Shown here piece by piece: positions 39,956 through 42,870 of a stretch of DNA of 42,870 nucleotides. The first letter of the stretch is position 1; the number at the start of each line of letters is the position of its first letter. The stretch is from Gemmatimonadaceae bacterium. GTDB taxonomy: Bacteria > Gemmatimonadota > Gemmatimonadetes > Gemmatimonadales > Gemmatimonadaceae. Under the pieces are notes generated by a model. It had not been told where the DNA came from, made no database searches, and saw nothing but the letters and a program-made list of their open reading frames with translations. The stretch lies in assembly GCA_040902005.1 (NCBI GenBank), contig JBBDYA010000112.1:29841-72710 (forward strand). The letters run 5' to 3'. Made by a program: the position numbers and the translations under genes.

Positions 39956-40492
39956 TCAGCGCCTGGAGCACGCAGCCTGCTGCTGCGCTTGCTGCTGGGC
40001 CTGCTGCTGACGCGCGACCTGCGCCGACGGAAGGTTCAGCCGGGACTGCGTCACCTGCTGGGGCGCCACCTGCGCGCCGGACGACAGCACCACTCCGTTC
40101 CCCGCGACCACCGGAATCTGCCCGGTGGAATAGGTGGGCACCGAGGAGTACACACCTCCCGCAAACGATCCCGCCACGGACACTACGGCCTGGCACTCGT
40201 GCCCGCCCCGCCCGGCGCGCCCGCCGCGCCCGCCCCGCTCGAAGCCCGTGTAGATGCTTCCATCGGACATCACGATTCCGGGAACGAGTGTGTAGCCAAC
40301 CGGATAGACGGGGTAGTACGGATACACCTGCTGGGTGAACACCGTCGGCGGCGGGGCCGGCCGCTCCGTTGCCAATCGCGGCGTGGCCGTGGGGAGCGTG
40401 AATCGCCCATTCGCCTGGGCCTCGGCCGTTCCTGCTGCGGAAACGACGATGATGAGCGCGGTAACGGCGCGTGCGATGCGAGTGTCTTTCAA
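39956..40492 (-). CDS. hypothetical secreted protein
   Basis: GGGGAG RBS before TTG; signal peptide ending AEA-Q; Tyr/Pro, RGG and Gln-rich segments. Confidence 0.65.
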   Translation of the reverse strand: MKDTRIARAVTALIIVVSAAGTAEAQANGRFTLPTATPRLATERPAPPPTVFTQQVYPYYPVYPVGYTLVPGIVMSDGSIYTGFERGGRGGRAGRGGHECQAVVSVAGSFAGGVYSSVPTYSTGQIPVVAGNGVVLSSGAQVAPQQVTQSRLNLPSAQVARQQQAQQQAQQQAACSRR

Positions 40493-40586
40493 CTGAAACT
40501 CCCCGGCGTGTGTCTTACGTCTGAGTACCGGTGGGCGCGCCACCGGTTCCATTGCACAATAGCGCCGAGTGACCCGCCCTGAAAGA

Positions 40587-40625
40587 GTGTCCGATATTGG
40601 GACGAATAATCCCGAAGCCGGACAC
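40587..40625. promoter_or_regulatory. symmetric operator / upstream activator site
   Basis: GTGTCCG-N5-GGGA-N7-TCCC-N5-CGGACAC dyad in a divergent intergenic region. Confidence 0.6.
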
Positions 40626-40764
40626 ACCAGGGGAGTGAATCAAACCGCAAGGTGTTGTCGTATGGCGGCTTAGGCAGCTGCCGGTACGGCACGGAGCTTC
40701 CCTTTCATGATCGCAGCTTCAGGTCCCACCTCAAGGCAAATAGCCGCTCTCGCACCGACCATTC

Positions 40765-42027
40765 GTGGATATCAAACGCGCGCCGCCGTCCAAGAAAAAG
40801 CAGTACATCATGTGGGGATCCGGCATTCTGGCCATCGTGCTGGTGTCGGTGGGAATCAGCACGCTCAAGCCAGCGGCCCAGAGCGTGGAGCGCGCCACCC
40901 AGTGGGTGGACATCGTCAAGCGGGGCGAGTTGCTGCGTGAAGTGCGCGCGGCCGGCACGCTCGCGCCCGAGCACGTCAGGATCATCGCGTCCGTCACGGC
41001 CGGGCGCATCGAGCAGCTTCCCGTTCGTCCGGGCGTCACCGTGACCCCCACCACGCTCCTGATCGAGTTGAGCAACACGGACGTGCAGCTTCAGGCGCTC
41101 CAGGCGGAGCAGTCGCTCACGCAGGCGCGCAGCGGGCTGGCGAGTCTCCGCACGCAGCTGCTCCAGGGTCGCCTGAGTCAGGAAGCCGCCATCGCCGGGC
41201 TTCAGACGCAGGTGGAGACCGCGGCGCGCGCGCTCAAGGTGCAGGAAGGGCTGGACAGCAAGGGGCTCGCTTCCACGAGCGAGCTTGCCGCGGCGCGCGA
41301 CCTCGTGAAGGAACTCCAGACGCGCTACGACCTGGAGCGCCAGCGGCTCGAGGAGATGAACCGCTCCGCGAAAGTGCAGCTCGACCTCAATGAGGAGCAG
41401 GTCACGCGGCTGGGCGCCATCGTGCGCGAGCAGATGAACCGCGTGCGCTCCATGCGCGTACTGGCGGACGAGCACGGCGTGCTCCAGACGCTGGGCGCGC
41501 AGGGGCTGAACCTGGAGCTCGGGCAGTGGGTGAACCCGGGAATGGAGCTGGCGCGCGTGGCGCAGCCGGGGCGACTCAAGGCGGTGCTGCGCGTGCCCGA
41601 GACCATGGCGCGCGACATCGTCGTGGGGCTCAAGTCCAGGATCGACACGCGCAACGGCATCGTGGACGGCCGCGTGATGCGCATCGATCCGTCGTCCACG
41701 CAGGGCACCGTCACCGTAGAAGTCGCCATCGAGGGCGAACTGCCGCGCGGCGCGCGCGCCGACATGAGCGTGGACGGCACCATCGAGATCGAACGGCTGC
41801 CCGACGTGATGTACGTGGGCCGCCCCGCCTACGGATCGGCGGAAAGCACCGTGGGACTCTTCAAGATCAGCGCGGACGGCAGCGAGGCGAACCGGGTCAA
41901 CGTCCGGCTCGGCCGCGCATCCGTGAACACCATCGAAGTCATGAACGGCCTCGCAGTCGGCGACAGCGTCATCATCTCCGACATGTCACAATACGACGCC
42001 GTCTCCCGTATACGTCTGAAGCGGTAA
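40765..42027 (+). CDS. efflux periplasmic adaptor subunit (HlyD/MacA-like)
   Basis: N-terminal TM, VKRGELLREVRAAGTL, coiled coil, lipoyl/beta-barrel motifs, GLAVGDSVI. Confidence 0.92.
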   Translation: MDIKRAPPSKKKQYIMWGSGILAIVLVSVGISTLKPAAQSVERATQWVDIVKRGELLREVRAAGTLAPEHVRIIASVTAGRIEQLPVRPGVTVTPTTLLIELSNTDVQLQALQAEQSLTQARSGLASLRTQLLQGRLSQEAAIAGLQTQVETAARALKVQEGLDSKGLASTSELAAARDLVKELQTRYDLERQRLEEMNRSAKVQLDLNEEQVTRLGAIVREQMNRVRSMRVLADEHGVLQTLGAQGLNLELGQWVNPGMELARVAQPGRLKAVLRVPETMARDIVVGLKSRIDTRNGIVDGRVMRIDPSSTQGTVTVEVAIEGELPRGARADMSVDGTIEIERLPDVMYVGRPAYGSAESTVGLFKISADGSEANRVNVRLGRASVNTIEVMNGLAVGDSVIISDMSQYDAVSRIRLKR

Positions 42028-42090
42028 CGACCCCGGTTCCCCGATTCCGCCTTTCCCGACCTCCGACTCACCCTTTCCCGGCCTGCACAC

Positions 42091-42825
<735 letters not shown>

Positions 42826-42870
42826 CCCTCCCACTCACAACCAGCGCTACGGTTCCGGGGGGGGGGCACC

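Overview
A GC-rich bacterial contig of mostly housekeeping and metabolic genes. Gene content and style suggest Gemmatimonadota, which is an inference only. In order: partial M20 deacetylase, acnA, several lipoproteins, glycerate kinase-aguB-aguA, a solute-binding protein/chemoreceptor pair, a trans-sulfuration enzyme with queC, a classical menaquinone cluster menF-D-H-B-A-E lacking menC, a GltD-like flavoprotein, a membrane Ser/Thr kinase, 2-oxoacid oxidoreductase alpha/beta, an amidohydrolase, acyltransferase/desaturase, queE, a Zn metalloprotease, NlpC/P60, CapA, and the start of a MacAB-like ABC exporter operon. The best hidden signal is an exported, Cys-free peroxiredoxin-like gene (5476-6060) that the ORF track splits in two. 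Its in-frame TGA sits at the peroxidatic position (T-R-G-U-T) and is followed by a SECIS-like hairpin, so it is a probable selenoprotein. Also notable: intergenic heptamer arrays (AGGAACT, CCCCATT), one of which forms a 31-bp inverted repeat supplying the identical last codons and stop of two convergent genes; a REP-like palindrome; a symmetric operator with a variant sigma54-like promoter; and poly-G/C tracts that are probably sequencing artefacts, one of which frameshifts the acyltransferase. No rRNA, tRNA, CRISPR array or transposase was seen.
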